Of a stretch of 64,000 bases of DNA, positions 38,522-50,071 are shown piece after piece. The DNA lies in IMG/VR virus record IMGVR_UViG_3300034375_010798; one strand, written 5' to 3'. Each line of letters opens with the position of its first letter. Within the stretch, counting starts at the first letter, position 1. The notes beneath the pieces are model-generated. The model made no database searches, was not told where the DNA came from, and saw only the letters and a list, made by a program, of their open reading frames with translations. Source of the DNA: a virus. A program made the position numbers and the translations under genes.

Positions 38522-41053
38522 ATGGCAATAACAAACTCTGCAGGTGATGGTGTTAGAATTACAAGTTATGCTTTATCTACTACTTCTTTACCATCACAAT
38601 CTCAAAACACTGGAAACAATCAAATAACATTTGAAGATAATGTGGATGTGTCTACCGGTAATCAAACTACAGGTGGGGATTTAAATGATAGTTTGTATAC
38701 TAATAGATTAATTATTAAAAATGTAGGTCTTCCCACAGAAGAGATTAGAAGAGCGTCATCTGAAACAGCCGGAACAGGAACAACTATTATAGTTACACTG
38801 GAAGCAGATTGGGATACAACACCAGACACAACAGTAACCTCAGTAACCGCGAATACAACTGATACCACCAACGAAATAGAAATAACATCAACTACCTTAT
38901 CTGCTCTTGGTTTAGTTGTTGGCGATTTATTAACGATCAGTTCAGCTACTGGATCTGTTGTTAATGGAACTTATGAAATAACAGCTGTTAACTCTACCAC
39001 AGATACTATTACTTTTGGAAATGATGCAGGTTCAGTTACAGCAGATGGGACAGGTATAGTTTTTAGCGTTCAAAAAAGTTTTACTGCCGATGTTTTTTAT
39101 ACTATTGATGATATTGATGGTGCAGTTGGTCAAACTGTTAACTTAAACTCTAAATCTGGAGCTTATGAAGTTTCTCGTAAGCTTAGTGTTGGGACCACTA
39201 CTAACGACCCAGCTGGATTGCAACTAACAGATAGTCAATATCTAGAATGTTCTGACGAAGGCACAGGATTATCTCTTCAAGTTTACAATAACGCCTTCTT
39301 TTTAGTAGGTTTTGAAATTCAAGGAAGCTCACAATCTGGAGCTATCATAACAGCTACTAATAATGTAAGTGGACAGGGTGGAGAAAACTGGGCACAAGTA
39401 GATAGTGGAGGCAGGTGGGAAATATATGACTCTGTTATATGGTCACAAAGAGTTTCATTACCTTTAGATTTTCAAAACGGAACTCCCGGTGCTCAAGGTG
39501 TAATTAAAAACACAAAGATAATATCTGGAACGGATGATTTATTTCTTTATCAAGTTTTGCTAGAAAATGTAAATATAAGTGGTAGAGATGGAACAAATGA
39601 ATTTATAAGACTCTATGAGAGCACAACAGCTACTAATATCACTTTAACTAATACATCTGGAACAACGAATGGAAATAATACGGGTAGTGAATCAATAACA
39701 GTTAGAGATATAAACTTTGTCTCTAATGCTAATTTTATAACATTAGAAAATGATAAAGATTGGTTTGTTATAAATCCTATATGGACGGTAACAACCGCTT
39801 CGGATATAGCTTTCGGTTCAACCACAGGATCATCAGTTAGTGATCAAAGAAGTGTTGATGTTGTTGTTAGTAAAACAGATTCAACATTGATACCCGACGC
39901 TAATGTGATAATATATGAGGGAACTCAATTAGATGATTTAGTTTTAGAAACATTTACTGATGCTAATGGCGAGGCCAGTGGTGTTTTTAATTACAGATTT
40001 TTTGATAAATCTGGCACAGCGGCCGCAACAACAACAACTTATAGTAATCACGCTTTTAGAGTTGATGCATGGGGTTATTTACCTTTTGTAACTGCTCAAA
40101 CATCAACTTCTAAAATAGAAGGAACAACAACGCTTAATGTTGATAACAACCTAACAAACGCACAAACTCAAGCTGGAGCAATAACTGCTGGTAGTGGAAT
40201 AACTTGGAACGAACAAACAAACCCCGGAAGTTTGATTACATTCACCAGTGCTACTGGAACATTATCTGTTGGGGATACTGTTACTGTGGGTAGTGCTACT
40301 GGAGTGGTTGTAGAGTTTGTTGATGGGACAGGAACATCCTCAGATCCTGTTGTTTTTTTAAAAGATAGAAATGCCACAGCTATAGCTACAGGAACAACAG
40401 CTACATCTACTAGTTGGGGGGCAACAACATCAACGGCAGCATCTGATTTCTATGAATTTTCTGTTTTTGTGGATGGAAACTCTACAAGCTATCAAACTAT
40501 ATATGATTATTTAGCTGCATTAACATCTCAAACAACATTGTCTGCGGATGGTGAATTAATCCATGAATGGGGTAATAGAAACCAAGGAAGAGCTTTTTAT
40601 TATGATGGAAATAATTTTTTTACTGAAAGATCTGGAACAGATGGTGTTATAATAGTAAATTCTACAAAAGGTGGAACCTTGGAGTATTTTACTTCTGATA
40701 ATGGCGATCAATATATCCCACCAGCTAGCTACACAATATCTTTTACTGGTATTAAAGACGGAACAGAGGTTAGAATACATAATTCTGCAGATGGATCACT
40801 TATAGCTGGTGTAGAAGATGTTACTGGAACAGGAACGGATTTATTTCCAGTTGGATCATCTAGTGTTTCTGGTCCTTCAAACGATAAAACATTTTCTTTT
40901 ACATATACATATGCGGCTGATATTGATGTATATGCTGTTTTTATAGCCCTTCAGTATGAATATGAACGTTTAGATGAGGGTGTGTCTTTATTAGCTACAA
41001 ATCAATCATTTCCTATAGTTCAACGAATAGATAGAAATTATTTTAACGCATAA
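38522..41053 (+). CDS. Large T/S/G-rich putative virion fibre or decoration protein
   Basis: Beta-rich composition; starts MAITN, ends IDRNYFNA. Confidence 0.7.
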   Translation: MAITNSAGDGVRITSYALSTTSLPSQSQNTGNNQITFEDNVDVSTGNQTTGGDLNDSLYTNRLIIKNVGLPTEEIRRASSETAGTGTTIIVTLEADWDTTPDTTVTSVTANTTDTTNEIEITSTTLSALGLVVGDLLTISSATGSVVNGTYEITAVNSTTDTITFGNDAGSVTADGTGIVFSVQKSFTADVFYTIDDIDGAVGQTVNLNSKSGAYEVSRKLSVGTTTNDPAGLQLTDSQYLECSDEGTGLSLQVYNNAFFLVGFEIQGSSQSGAIITATNNVSGQGGENWAQVDSGGRWEIYDSVIWSQRVSLPLDFQNGTPGAQGVIKNTKIISGTDDLFLYQVLLENVNISGRDGTNEFIRLYESTTATNITLTNTSGTTNGNNTGSESITVRDINFVSNANFITLENDKDWFVINPIWTVTTASDIAFGSTTGSSVSDQRSVDVVVSKTDSTLIPDANVIIYEGTQLDDLVLETFTDANGEASGVFNYRFFDKSGTAAATTTTYSNHAFRVDAWGYLPFVTAQTSTSKIEGTTTLNVDNNLTNAQTQAGAITAGSGITWNEQTNPGSLITFTSATGTLSVGDTVTVGSATGVVVEFVDGTGTSSDPVVFLKDRNATAIATGTTATSTSWGATTSTAASDFYEFSVFVDGNSTSYQTIYDYLAALTSQTTLSADGELIHEWGNRNQGRAFYYDGNNFFTERSGTDGVIIVNSTKGGTLEYFTSDNGDQYIPPASYTISFTGIKDGTEVRIHNSADGSLIAGVEDVTGTGTDLFPVGSSSVSGPSNDKTFSFTYTYAADIDVYAVFIALQYEYERLDEGVSLLATNQSFPIVQRIDRNYFNA

Positions 41054-41157
41054 CGAAAAAGTTTATTTTTTTTCATGTTATAATTATAATTATAATAGAG
41101 GGATGAACCTCTTTCCCTTTTATTAACCTTCTCATAAATTCATTGGAGAAAAATCTA

Positions 41158-44016
41158 ATGGCAATAACTAATTTATTAACAGCTTACTCAGATCTTGATG
41201 ATTTGATGACACCAGTGTCATCCGTTTCATCAACAACAACCAGTGCGTCATATACAACATCTGTCGCCCACGGGTTAAAAGTAGGTGATTATGTTAACAT
41301 AGTTAATATCGCTAACGATAGCGGTAGCTACAATGGTAGATATCAAGTTGGTGTAGTTGATGATTCAACCAACTTTACAATAAGTGGTCTAACTAGATCC
41401 GCTGTTGGATCAGCCGCAACAACAGGAGTGGCAGCAAGTGTCGGTGATTTAGAACCCGGACTAATTGTTGAAGAATCACTTTCTGAAGTAGTCAGTGCTG
41501 GAACACCTAATGACACAAATGATACATTAGAACTTGGCGCAGGTCAAGTAGCAGCAATTGATGTAGGTGTTGGTGATTTCGTAACAATATCCGGCGCAAA
41601 TGGCACATCAGTGGATGACGGAACATTTTCAGTTACCGCAGTGTCTACTGATGTATTATCATTCGCGTCCAGTGCTACTCCCGCACTATCTTCCGCAACA
41701 TCTGATTTTACTATTTTTAAATCAGACGCTAGCGGTAATGCTCTTATCAGAGGTAGTTATAGAACTTCTGAGATTACAGTTATAGCTGTTCAGCCTGATA
41801 ATACAAAAACCAAAACAATTAAGTTCAACCTTACAGCAGGTGGTGCGCTTGAAAATGCTGGAACTGGTATTACCGGTCAGGCATTATATTCATACTTCAA
41901 GTTCCTATGGAAGAACGTTCAATCAATAACCCAGTTCGACTTCCCAATGCTGTCTATCACGAACGAACAGTTTGAATTTATTAATAGCTGGTATCTTGAT
42001 GATGCTTCAACAATAAATCAAAAACTAGTGCTAGCTAGCTCAAACTTCGCTGTTAATTTTACCGATGAAGTTACATTTACTTCTAGTGTATCCGATGTTG
42101 ATCTTAGAAAATTGCAGGCTGGTGATAATATTACAATTCAAGGTGGAAACAATGCGGGCACCGATGCGGTAGTTGACTCTGTTGGTTATATTAGAGCAAC
42201 AGGTGTATACACTGTTACAGTAACTGGAAGTAATATTTTTAGTAGCACAGGAGCTGATACAATAACATCTGTTGACACAGTAGTTAACGTAACACCTTCT
42301 AATCTAATCAGAACAGCTGGTTGGACAGTTCAAAACGAGGAGGGGTCATATCAGAAGCTTTATTATTCTGGTGTAATCACATTGGGAACATTGGTAGATG
42401 AAACAGATACTCCTTACTATGTTCAGAGAGATGCTTTAACAGCTGGAACAAATGACACTAAGTATTCTGGACCTGCTAACGAAGGTGTTAGAATTCGTTC
42501 AGTTGCTGATGCAAGATCCTCAGCAGCCAATGTCACCATTGATTATACAGCTGCAGCCGGAGCAAGCACAATAATAGAAGACGGAGGCACCGGAAGCACA
42601 AAAATTGATTGGACAGCTTTTGAAGTAGGTGATTTTATTGAAATAACAGATGCAAGCGTAACAGCGGCTGATATTACTGGTGTATTACACGAAATCTCAG
42701 CTGTTAGTTCTACTGGTATTACTACAAAATCAACATTTGGAGCTACCGATCAAACAACTGGATCAGCTCTTATTGAAGCTGATTTTTCTGGCACATTCAA
42801 AATCTTCGTTAGAGAACTTGGTAAAACATTCGCTGACGCTGACTTGGACGACATCGGTGTGTCTGAAATGACTTACATCGTGTATCGTTTCCCTGTAACC
42901 AACTCATCTGATGCTGATGTTCCTGCATCTATTGAAGATGATTCAATTGATTCAGGCGGTATAACAGCCGCATTACCCGCTGATGTTAACCCATATGATG
43001 ATATTCAGATTGAATATCTTGAATCATCTGCCGGTGTTTCATACGATATTAAGGGTGCAATTGAATCAGGATCAGCTATTTCTGTTTCTGTTGGTGAGGT
43101 ATATAAAGACGGCGATGGTCGCTGGTTTAAAGTCACTACAGCTGGTGATGTTAACACTACTAGTGGCACTGGTAATTTCGCCGGATATACTTTATCAACT
43201 GCAGTTCTTGCAGCTTATGAGGGTGAAAGAGAAATTTCTGGTGTATACTATGCTTTTACAGTTATAGTTGACTCAAATGATACCCATGCAAACGCTGGTT
43301 CACCTTACGTAGATCCTAATAACAATACTTCTGCTTCAAACGTATACTTATTTATCCAGTGGGCGTTGAGAAGAGTTGGTAATGGGGCCGCCATTGATCA
43401 AGGCTTAATCAACGAAGGTGCAACAGGCAACGAGCAGCGAGTTGGTAACATTGCTGATCGTCTTGTAACATTCGTTGGTCCTACACTAACAACACAACCC
43501 GGCGTATTTATTGATAGTATTGCTTCTACTGACCAGAACAATGTGTCATTCACAGAAGCTACAGTTGGTGGTGTTAATGTTGGTGCTGGGACAACCTATT
43601 TAGGTGGATCTGGTCTCAAATATCCTCTTACAGTTACAGTTAGAATTGACTTCAACGATAACTTGCAAGCTGACGGTGACGCTGTTTTCTATATGTATTA
43701 CAGTGACGGATCCGGATCTGGTTATGGAGCACAGGACTTCTCAGCTACACAAGCCACACAGGTTGTGAAAGCTGATGGTGGTGATGTTGGATCAGATGTT
43801 AACAACGCTATATCTGCAGCTCAATCCTATCAGTTCCAGTATGGTTACGAAGAAGATGCAACAGCAGGTAGAACACCCGGTGCTGATGTTAATGTAACAA
43901 CAGTAGCTATTGGTCTTAGTTCCGGTCAGTATGTGAAGTCAAGCGCGACTATAACTAATACAGGTGCTACTATCTCACTCGTTGCTCCTCTAGAAAGAAA
44001 CTACTCAAACGCATAA
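41158..44016 (+). CDS. Large T/S/A/G-rich putative virion protein (likely start MAITN at 41158)
   Basis: GGAG SD before the ATG at 41158; repeated L.VGD.V.I modules; ends LERNYSNA. Confidence 0.7.
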   Translation: MAITNLLTAYSDLDDLMTPVSSVSSTTTSASYTTSVAHGLKVGDYVNIVNIANDSGSYNGRYQVGVVDDSTNFTISGLTRSAVGSAATTGVAASVGDLEPGLIVEESLSEVVSAGTPNDTNDTLELGAGQVAAIDVGVGDFVTISGANGTSVDDGTFSVTAVSTDVLSFASSATPALSSATSDFTIFKSDASGNALIRGSYRTSEITVIAVQPDNTKTKTIKFNLTAGGALENAGTGITGQALYSYFKFLWKNVQSITQFDFPMLSITNEQFEFINSWYLDDASTINQKLVLASSNFAVNFTDEVTFTSSVSDVDLRKLQAGDNITIQGGNNAGTDAVVDSVGYIRATGVYTVTVTGSNIFSSTGADTITSVDTVVNVTPSNLIRTAGWTVQNEEGSYQKLYYSGVITLGTLVDETDTPYYVQRDALTAGTNDTKYSGPANEGVRIRSVADARSSAANVTIDYTAAAGASTIIEDGGTGSTKIDWTAFEVGDFIEITDASVTAADITGVLHEISAVSSTGITTKSTFGATDQTTGSALIEADFSGTFKIFVRELGKTFADADLDDIGVSEMTYIVYRFPVTNSSDADVPASIEDDSIDSGGITAALPADVNPYDDIQIEYLESSAGVSYDIKGAIESGSAISVSVGEVYKDGDGRWFKVTTAGDVNTTSGTGNFAGYTLSTAVLAAYEGEREISGVYYAFTVIVDSNDTHANAGSPYVDPNNNTSASNVYLFIQWALRRVGNGAAIDQGLINEGATGNEQRVGNIADRLVTFVGPTLTTQPGVFIDSIASTDQNNVSFTEATVGGVNVGAGTTYLGGSGLKYPLTVTVRIDFNDNLQADGDAVFYMYYSDGSGSGYGAQDFSATQATQVVKADGGDVGSDVNNAISAAQSYQFQYGYEEDATAGRTPGADVNVTTVAIGLSSGQYVKSSATITNTGATISLVAPLERNYSNA

Positions 44017-44051
44017 TTTTAATAATATATTTTAATTATGTCTTAACAATG

Positions 44052-44078
44052 AAGGGGTGGGGTAAAACCCACCCCTTT
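44052..44078 (+). terminator. GC-rich hairpin, probable terminator
   Basis: AAGGGGTGGG-GTAAAA-CCCACCCCTT; short T tail. Confidence 0.65.
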
Positions 44079-44110
44079 ACCTTATCATTATCACTATATG
44101 GAGATCACAC

Positions 44111-44287
44111 ATGAAGTCTTTAACGCCAGAACAAATTAATGAGACAGTTGAGTATTTTGATAGTTTTATAAATAAGGTTGTTAGTGAACAAATAGAGGGT
44201 ATTCAACCAATGGATTTAATAATGCATTATAATATATTAAGAAATATTATGTCCCAATATAATGTGGGGCCAGATTTAAAAAAATAA
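44111..44287 (+). CDS. 58-aa hypothetical protein (not in ORF track)
   Basis: GGAG SD; MKSLTPEQINETVEYF..GPDLKK*. Confidence 0.55.
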   Translation: MKSLTPEQINETVEYFDSFINKVVSEQIEGIQPMDLIMHYNILRNIMSQYNVGPDLKK

Positions 44288-44371
44288 TATATTTTTTTTA
44301 GTAATTTTATTATATATTTATTATGTTATAGTTATTAAAATAAGATATATAATAGAATTTAAGGAGGTCTT

Positions 44372-46990
44372 ATGGCAGGCGAAAGAAGGTTTACTAGAAT
44401 ACCACCAGAAAGCACTGGTGATAGGATTTATTTAAAACATACAGTAGATATTCCATATGATAATAAAGCTGTAGATTATGCATGGGAAGTTGGTGGTTTT
44501 TATCATATAATGGGTGGCGGTGGAAACAGTATTATGATTCATATACATGATGTATCAGAAACTTCTGATACTGAAGGTGTATTACATTGTCATTATGATT
44601 CAGTTTCTACATTTGCAAACATATCAGCTGTTAATGATCAACTCATAAATGATTCTAATAATGTTACAAGAGCAATTATTAATGGTGATCCTATAGATCT
44701 TTATGTAAATTCAAATCATATCGTAGGATATCACAACCCAGAATATGGCGTGGATATAGATAGATTTGGTTCTATGAATATTAGGTTTGGCGAAGGCCCG
44801 GCTGTTATAGATTCATTTGGACATTTAAAAGTTAATAACGGAAGATTGTTGAGCAATTATAATTTTGCAAAATCACCCCACACAGGTGAGTTTGCAAACT
44901 CTATTGAGGGTGAGGGATCTAAACAATATGATGCAGAAATTGGAGCTTATAGACTTTCAATAGATAAAGAAGGTGATAGAGTAACACATACATCAAACTT
45001 ATTTCATCCTTTTTCAAATAATAATTCTGATTTATTTGTTTTAGCTGCCCGTTGTGGAGATGTAGGATTCCCATCGGATGGAACTGTTAGGTTTTGGGGC
45101 GCATTTGACGCGACTGATGGATACTTTTTTGCATTGGTAGAGAATAATATTCAAGTCCGACATAGATTTACAATAGATGGAAACCCAACAACTGAAATGA
45201 TAGTCAACCAATCTGATTGGAATCAAGACACATTGGATGGAACCGGTGGTGGTAGAAATCCTTCTGGTATGTTGTTGGATGTTAGTAAAATAAATAATTA
45301 CTGGATTGACTTCCAATTTTCTGGTGGCGGAAAAACAAGATGGGGTGTTTTCTATCAAGGTGAAAGAATAGTATGTCATCAGATGTATTCTAACAACGAG
45401 GCAACGCACCAACCATTATCTAATCCTGCAAGACCTATTTGTTGGGCAATTGCAAAGCCTGCTATGTTAGGTCCAACTGCAGCGGGTGGTAAAGACTTCT
45501 TTGCTTATGGAGCTGCAGTATACACAGACGATACATACGACCCGATGAAACATTCACAAGAGGTTGCTTATTATAATAGCTCTTTTGAGTTGGATCATGA
45601 CTCAATTTCTACAACATATATGTATACGCTTAGACCACAATTATCATTACCTTGGTCTGATAAAGAAAATCATACAATATATGCCCCAACATCTATGGAT
45701 GTCTATCCTCACTCAACAAGACATATGACACTTCACTTGCAAAACGCCACTTCAGATGGGACTTATTGGACTTTTGAAACAGGACAAGAACATTATCTAG
45801 TGTCGAATGATAAAGCGGAAGTTTTTCATACAAATAACTACAATGGTAGGTTTGTAGTTTTTGACACTCCTACTAGCACCACATTTAGAGTATCTAACAC
45901 AACTATTCATGCTGCTGAAACGCACGGGCAAGTAAAAAATATGGATACTCAATACAGTGAACCACATGTTGAGATTAGACTTTTTGCTAAATGCGTAATG
46001 AGAGGCGTTTCTTTTTTTCCTGTTAATTATACAACAGTAGAATATGATACATATGGAGACCATTTAGCTCACGGACCAGAGATTGCAAGATTCTTAGCAG
46101 AGGAGAGATTGTTGTATTCCTTTGAAGCTCTATCAAATAACCCTCAATATGGTGCTGTATATAACACATCTGATCAATCTTTTGCGAGAAATGCTCAAGG
46201 ATTAGAACTTATACAGGGTAATGATGATAAGTATTCAACTGGTGTGCAGAGAGTAAGAGTAACTATAAGGGATGATTCACACCCAATATATGGCACGACA
46301 ATTCATTATTTTGATGACAAGGGAAAGGTTATTTTTAGAGCAGATGATGGTAGTCAACTGCTGACTGGTTTTCCATCTGGCCATAACTTGATTACTGTTG
46401 ATACTGGTAATGATGGCACTTGGTATTACCTCTCTTTATTAGATAGAGATGAAGCGTGGTTGTATAATAGTGAAGCTGACATTGATGATGATAGAAGTGT
46501 AAGAGTGTTACAACTTAACGCAGACCCAACAGGAACAATAGCTGTGGGTGATACGGTGACATTAGATACTGGTGGACATACTGCGGTAGCAAAAGCTATA
46601 TATGTAGATGGTGGAAACTTTTATTTAGGAGTAGAAGCCAGAAGCAATGCAGCATTTGATGGATATACAGGAACAATAAACACATCAGCGTTTACAGTAA
46701 GTGGTGTTACTAAGTCATCAGATAGAATAGGTAGTTGGGGTGGTATCGGTGGCGGCACTTGGGATGAAAGTGATGAAAGAACGACATTTGATTTGGATTA
46801 TAAAACATCTTTATTAGCTGTTGATAGTAGTGGCTGGGGTAACCCTAATGAAACTGTTTCAAACGCTAATAAACTTTATGGCCCGACTCCTGTTCAACCA
46901 TCTTGGACATTTATGTGTAGACACTTGCACAAAACAACACATGACACAAATCTTAGAACAGTAATGAGATGGAAGGAGTTAGTTCAATAA
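44372..46990 (+). CDS. Large putative virion structural protein
   Basis: AGGAGG SD; shares motifs with the 36899 protein (DSFGHLKV, RFWGAFDATDGYFF, WNQDTLDG, YWIDFQF). Confidence 0.7.
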   Translation: MAGERRFTRIPPESTGDRIYLKHTVDIPYDNKAVDYAWEVGGFYHIMGGGGNSIMIHIHDVSETSDTEGVLHCHYDSVSTFANISAVNDQLINDSNNVTRAIINGDPIDLYVNSNHIVGYHNPEYGVDIDRFGSMNIRFGEGPAVIDSFGHLKVNNGRLLSNYNFAKSPHTGEFANSIEGEGSKQYDAEIGAYRLSIDKEGDRVTHTSNLFHPFSNNNSDLFVLAARCGDVGFPSDGTVRFWGAFDATDGYFFALVENNIQVRHRFTIDGNPTTEMIVNQSDWNQDTLDGTGGGRNPSGMLLDVSKINNYWIDFQFSGGGKTRWGVFYQGERIVCHQMYSNNEATHQPLSNPARPICWAIAKPAMLGPTAAGGKDFFAYGAAVYTDDTYDPMKHSQEVAYYNSSFELDHDSISTTYMYTLRPQLSLPWSDKENHTIYAPTSMDVYPHSTRHMTLHLQNATSDGTYWTFETGQEHYLVSNDKAEVFHTNNYNGRFVVFDTPTSTTFRVSNTTIHAAETHGQVKNMDTQYSEPHVEIRLFAKCVMRGVSFFPVNYTTVEYDTYGDHLAHGPEIARFLAEERLLYSFEALSNNPQYGAVYNTSDQSFARNAQGLELIQGNDDKYSTGVQRVRVTIRDDSHPIYGTTIHYFDDKGKVIFRADDGSQLLTGFPSGHNLITVDTGNDGTWYYLSLLDRDEAWLYNSEADIDDDRSVRVLQLNADPTGTIAVGDTVTLDTGGHTAVAKAIYVDGGNFYLGVEARSNAAFDGYTGTINTSAFTVSGVTKSSDRIGSWGGIGGGTWDESDERTTFDLDYKTSLLAVDSSGWGNPNETVSNANKLYGPTPVQPSWTFMCRHLHKTTHDTNLRTVMRWKELVQ

Positions 46991-46991
46991 T

Positions 46992-49715
46992 ATGTCTTTT
47001 CTTACAGTAAATTATGGTAATTGGACTTTTTGGGAAAGTTATAACGAAAATAATTTTACTTATGGCACTCAAAAAGTAACCTTTGATGGCCCAAATAAAT
47101 TAATCCTTATTAATGAAGGTGAAACAGATATTGATGTAAAAGTTGATATATATTCTGCATGGAAGGAATGGACCAGAATACCATTTTATAATAATTTGCT
47201 GTATGATGTATCTATGTCCTCTGTTGGTGGTGACCCAATTACCGACACAGAATTCTTAGGTTCTACTTTTTTCTTGGAAAATGGTTGGAGAATAAAGCCA
47301 TATGCTGGAAATTATATCTTAACTATAGCAGGAAACCTCTACACAAGAGAGGTTGGAGAAAACCCAGTTGTTCCAACAGAGGGCGTATCTGTTTCACTAA
47401 CAAGATCAAATGTTGTTGATGGTAGAGTAGCTATTACTCAAAATGATTATGATAAAATTGCCTATGAAGTTTGGGAAGAATCCAGAGAATTACATTACAC
47501 ACCAAATACTTTTGGTGAAGGAGTTGCATCTGTTCAAGGTGATATTGTAGGAAACATACAAGGTGATGTTTTAAATCCCTCAACTATAAGTTCTAAGGTT
47601 TGGGATGAGGTTTTAAATGAAAACACTCATAATATTACAGACTCTGCAGGGAAGAGAATGTGGACTATTCAAGAGTATGGTGGGTATGAAGGCGGTTCCG
47701 TTTGGTTAGATTCTACAAATGGAACAGCTGGCGTCATATCAAATATTAATGGAACAGTTGGTCTTCCATCTTCTAATTTAGAAAATGCTTTAACAATAGC
47801 TGGAAATAATAACATAAAACAAATATTTATCAATGAAGGAACTAATATAAACTTAACTTCTTTTACGACATCGGTTTCTGGTTATAGGTTTTGGGGTAAT
47901 AGATGGACAATAGAGTTAGGTGAACAAGATATAAGTAACACAACAATAGAAAACTCAGAGATTACTGGAATTGGTGAAGTAACTGGTGATGACAAACCAA
48001 GAATAATATCTTGTATATTAAATAATGCACGAACTGGTCCAGCTGAATTTAATAATTGTGGTTTAATTAATGAATTTACAATTAATAGTGCAGGCGATTT
48101 CATTTTTGATAATTGTTTTACTGCAGGTCCGAATGATGGTTTAGTTTTATTACAAATGAATCAAATAGTAGGGCAGACTAATGTATATTTTTCTCATTTC
48201 TCTGGCAGTCTTTCTATTAATAGTATGAGAGATGATGATTATGTAGTTGTAGAGGGTGAAGGTAAGTTAACAATAGAACCTAGCTGTTTAGCTGGTGTTG
48301 TTAGTATAAGGGGTGATATTGAAATAACTGACAACTCCAATGGAGCTGTTACTGTTAATAGTAATAGTGTTGTTTCAAAAACAGATATAGCTGAAAGTGT
48401 GTGGGATAGAATACTTGATAACACTACTCATAATGATGTCAATAGTGCTGGTAGAAGATTAAGAGAAATACAAGATAATAATTTATCAACTGTTGAAAGT
48501 AAGATTGATAATATTGATATAACAGTAAATGATAATAATGTTGACATATCAGCTATTGACACTAGAATCAATACAATAGAGGGCAAGATAGATACAATTG
48601 ACACAGTTGTTGATGATACTAATGCTGATTTGCAAACATTAACCTCTAATGTTTCAACAGGTTTCTCTAATGTTGATACTGATCTAACTTCAATAGCTGG
48701 TAACATACAAGATATTGAAACAACATTAGATACTGATGATCCCGATACCATAGATTCTAAATTAGCAACACTAACTGCTGATCTTGTTACTATTCAAGGT
48801 CAAAACAATACTATAATTTCTAAAGTTGATGACGTTGATTCTGATTTGATTAATGTTGCAACAACAGTAAACAACATAGAGAGTTCTGTTGCTGGAACTG
48901 GTGGAACTGGAGTTAATGCTAAGTTAGATAGTTTGTCTGCAGATTTACTTTCTGTATCTGCTCAAAACAATACTATAACATCTAAGGTAGATGGTGTTGA
49001 TGTTAAGGTTGATACCATTGACAGTATAGTTGATAAGATAGATCTTGATATGGTTTCTGTTACAGCTGAGCTTTTTGTTAGTGACGCAACAACAACAGAT
49101 CAAAAATTAGATAGTATAATTAACAAGGTAGATGATCTTGACACAGATGTAGCTGCTGTTTATACGGAAGTAAATGGTTTAGCTTTAGGTCAAGGATCTT
49201 CTGAGTTAGCAACACTTTTTGAAGCAGTTACTGCAGATATTGTGAGTATAACTGGAACACTGGATTCTTATAATGTTGCAACTATAAGATCTATTGTTGA
49301 CGATATAAACACAAACACTGTTAATTTGAATAGTGACCTTTCAACACTAAGTTCTGTTGTTAGTGGTATTGATACTGATACCGATGATTTAATATCTAAA
49401 TCTGATAACATATCAACAAAAATTGACGACAACTATTTAGCGATACAAAATGTTGACAATGATGTTGCAAACATTGCGGCTGATTTAGGAACAAATAGCA
49501 CACAAGTTAATGATATAGCTGTTGATGTAACTCAGTTGAAAAATGATGTTAGAAAAATGCTTCAAACTCAAGCAGGCCGTTGGAAAGTAGATAAAGCTAA
49601 TAACACATTAACAATATATGACGAAGATGATACTACACCATTATTTCAATTCTTACTAAGGGATGATAAGGGTGAAGAAACATACACTTCTGTATTTGAG
49701 AGATTTCCTGTATGA
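46992..49715 (+). CDS. Putative fibre protein with long coiled-coil stalk
   Basis: DIYSAWKEW head; VW[DE]..H...G repeats; long I/V-D heptad region; C-terminal LTIYDEDDTTPLF domain. Confidence 0.7.
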   Translation: MSFLTVNYGNWTFWESYNENNFTYGTQKVTFDGPNKLILINEGETDIDVKVDIYSAWKEWTRIPFYNNLLYDVSMSSVGGDPITDTEFLGSTFFLENGWRIKPYAGNYILTIAGNLYTREVGENPVVPTEGVSVSLTRSNVVDGRVAITQNDYDKIAYEVWEESRELHYTPNTFGEGVASVQGDIVGNIQGDVLNPSTISSKVWDEVLNENTHNITDSAGKRMWTIQEYGGYEGGSVWLDSTNGTAGVISNINGTVGLPSSNLENALTIAGNNNIKQIFINEGTNINLTSFTTSVSGYRFWGNRWTIELGEQDISNTTIENSEITGIGEVTGDDKPRIISCILNNARTGPAEFNNCGLINEFTINSAGDFIFDNCFTAGPNDGLVLLQMNQIVGQTNVYFSHFSGSLSINSMRDDDYVVVEGEGKLTIEPSCLAGVVSIRGDIEITDNSNGAVTVNSNSVVSKTDIAESVWDRILDNTTHNDVNSAGRRLREIQDNNLSTVESKIDNIDITVNDNNVDISAIDTRINTIEGKIDTIDTVVDDTNADLQTLTSNVSTGFSNVDTDLTSIAGNIQDIETTLDTDDPDTIDSKLATLTADLVTIQGQNNTIISKVDDVDSDLINVATTVNNIESSVAGTGGTGVNAKLDSLSADLLSVSAQNNTITSKVDGVDVKVDTIDSIVDKIDLDMVSVTAELFVSDATTTDQKLDSIINKVDDLDTDVAAVYTEVNGLALGQGSSELATLFEAVTADIVSITGTLDSYNVATIRSIVDDINTNTVNLNSDLSTLSSVVSGIDTDTDDLISKSDNISTKIDDNYLAIQNVDNDVANIAADLGTNSTQVNDIAVDVTQLKNDVRKMLQTQAGRWKVDKANNTLTIYDEDDTTPLFQFLLRDDKGEETYTSVFERFPV

Positions 49716-50071
49716 TAGCTGGCGATTTTATGACACTTGGTCTCGGCCGAGCGGGTGGGACAAGTTTTATTATAACTTACGGAATGGGTGTTCCACCTAT
49801 TCAAGTTGGAGGCGGAACTGGTAGTAAGGCTACTTTTAGAAGAAGATCTAAGAGGAATAGAGAAAGAGATGAAGAATTAATAAAAAATAACTGGTTTACA
49901 GAAAATTGGGTTATAGAAGTTTCTGGTGTTGATATTTATAGTAAAATGGAAACTTCTGTGGATACAAAACAAAATGTTTTAGTTAAGTTTGTAAATAGTG
50001 ATATCACAAAAAGATTAGAAGAACAACACCTTGAAGTTTTAATAGATAATGTGAGGGTGAATGGTGAATAA
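49712..50071 (+). CDS. Small protein; paralog of 38269-38520
   Basis: RSKRNRE..IKNNWFTENW. Confidence 0.6.
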   Translation: MIAGDFMTLGLGRAGGTSFIITYGMGVPPIQVGGGTGSKATFRRRSKRNRERDEELIKNNWFTENWVIEVSGVDIYSKMETSVDTKQNVLVKFVNSDITKRLEEQHLEVLIDNVRVNGE

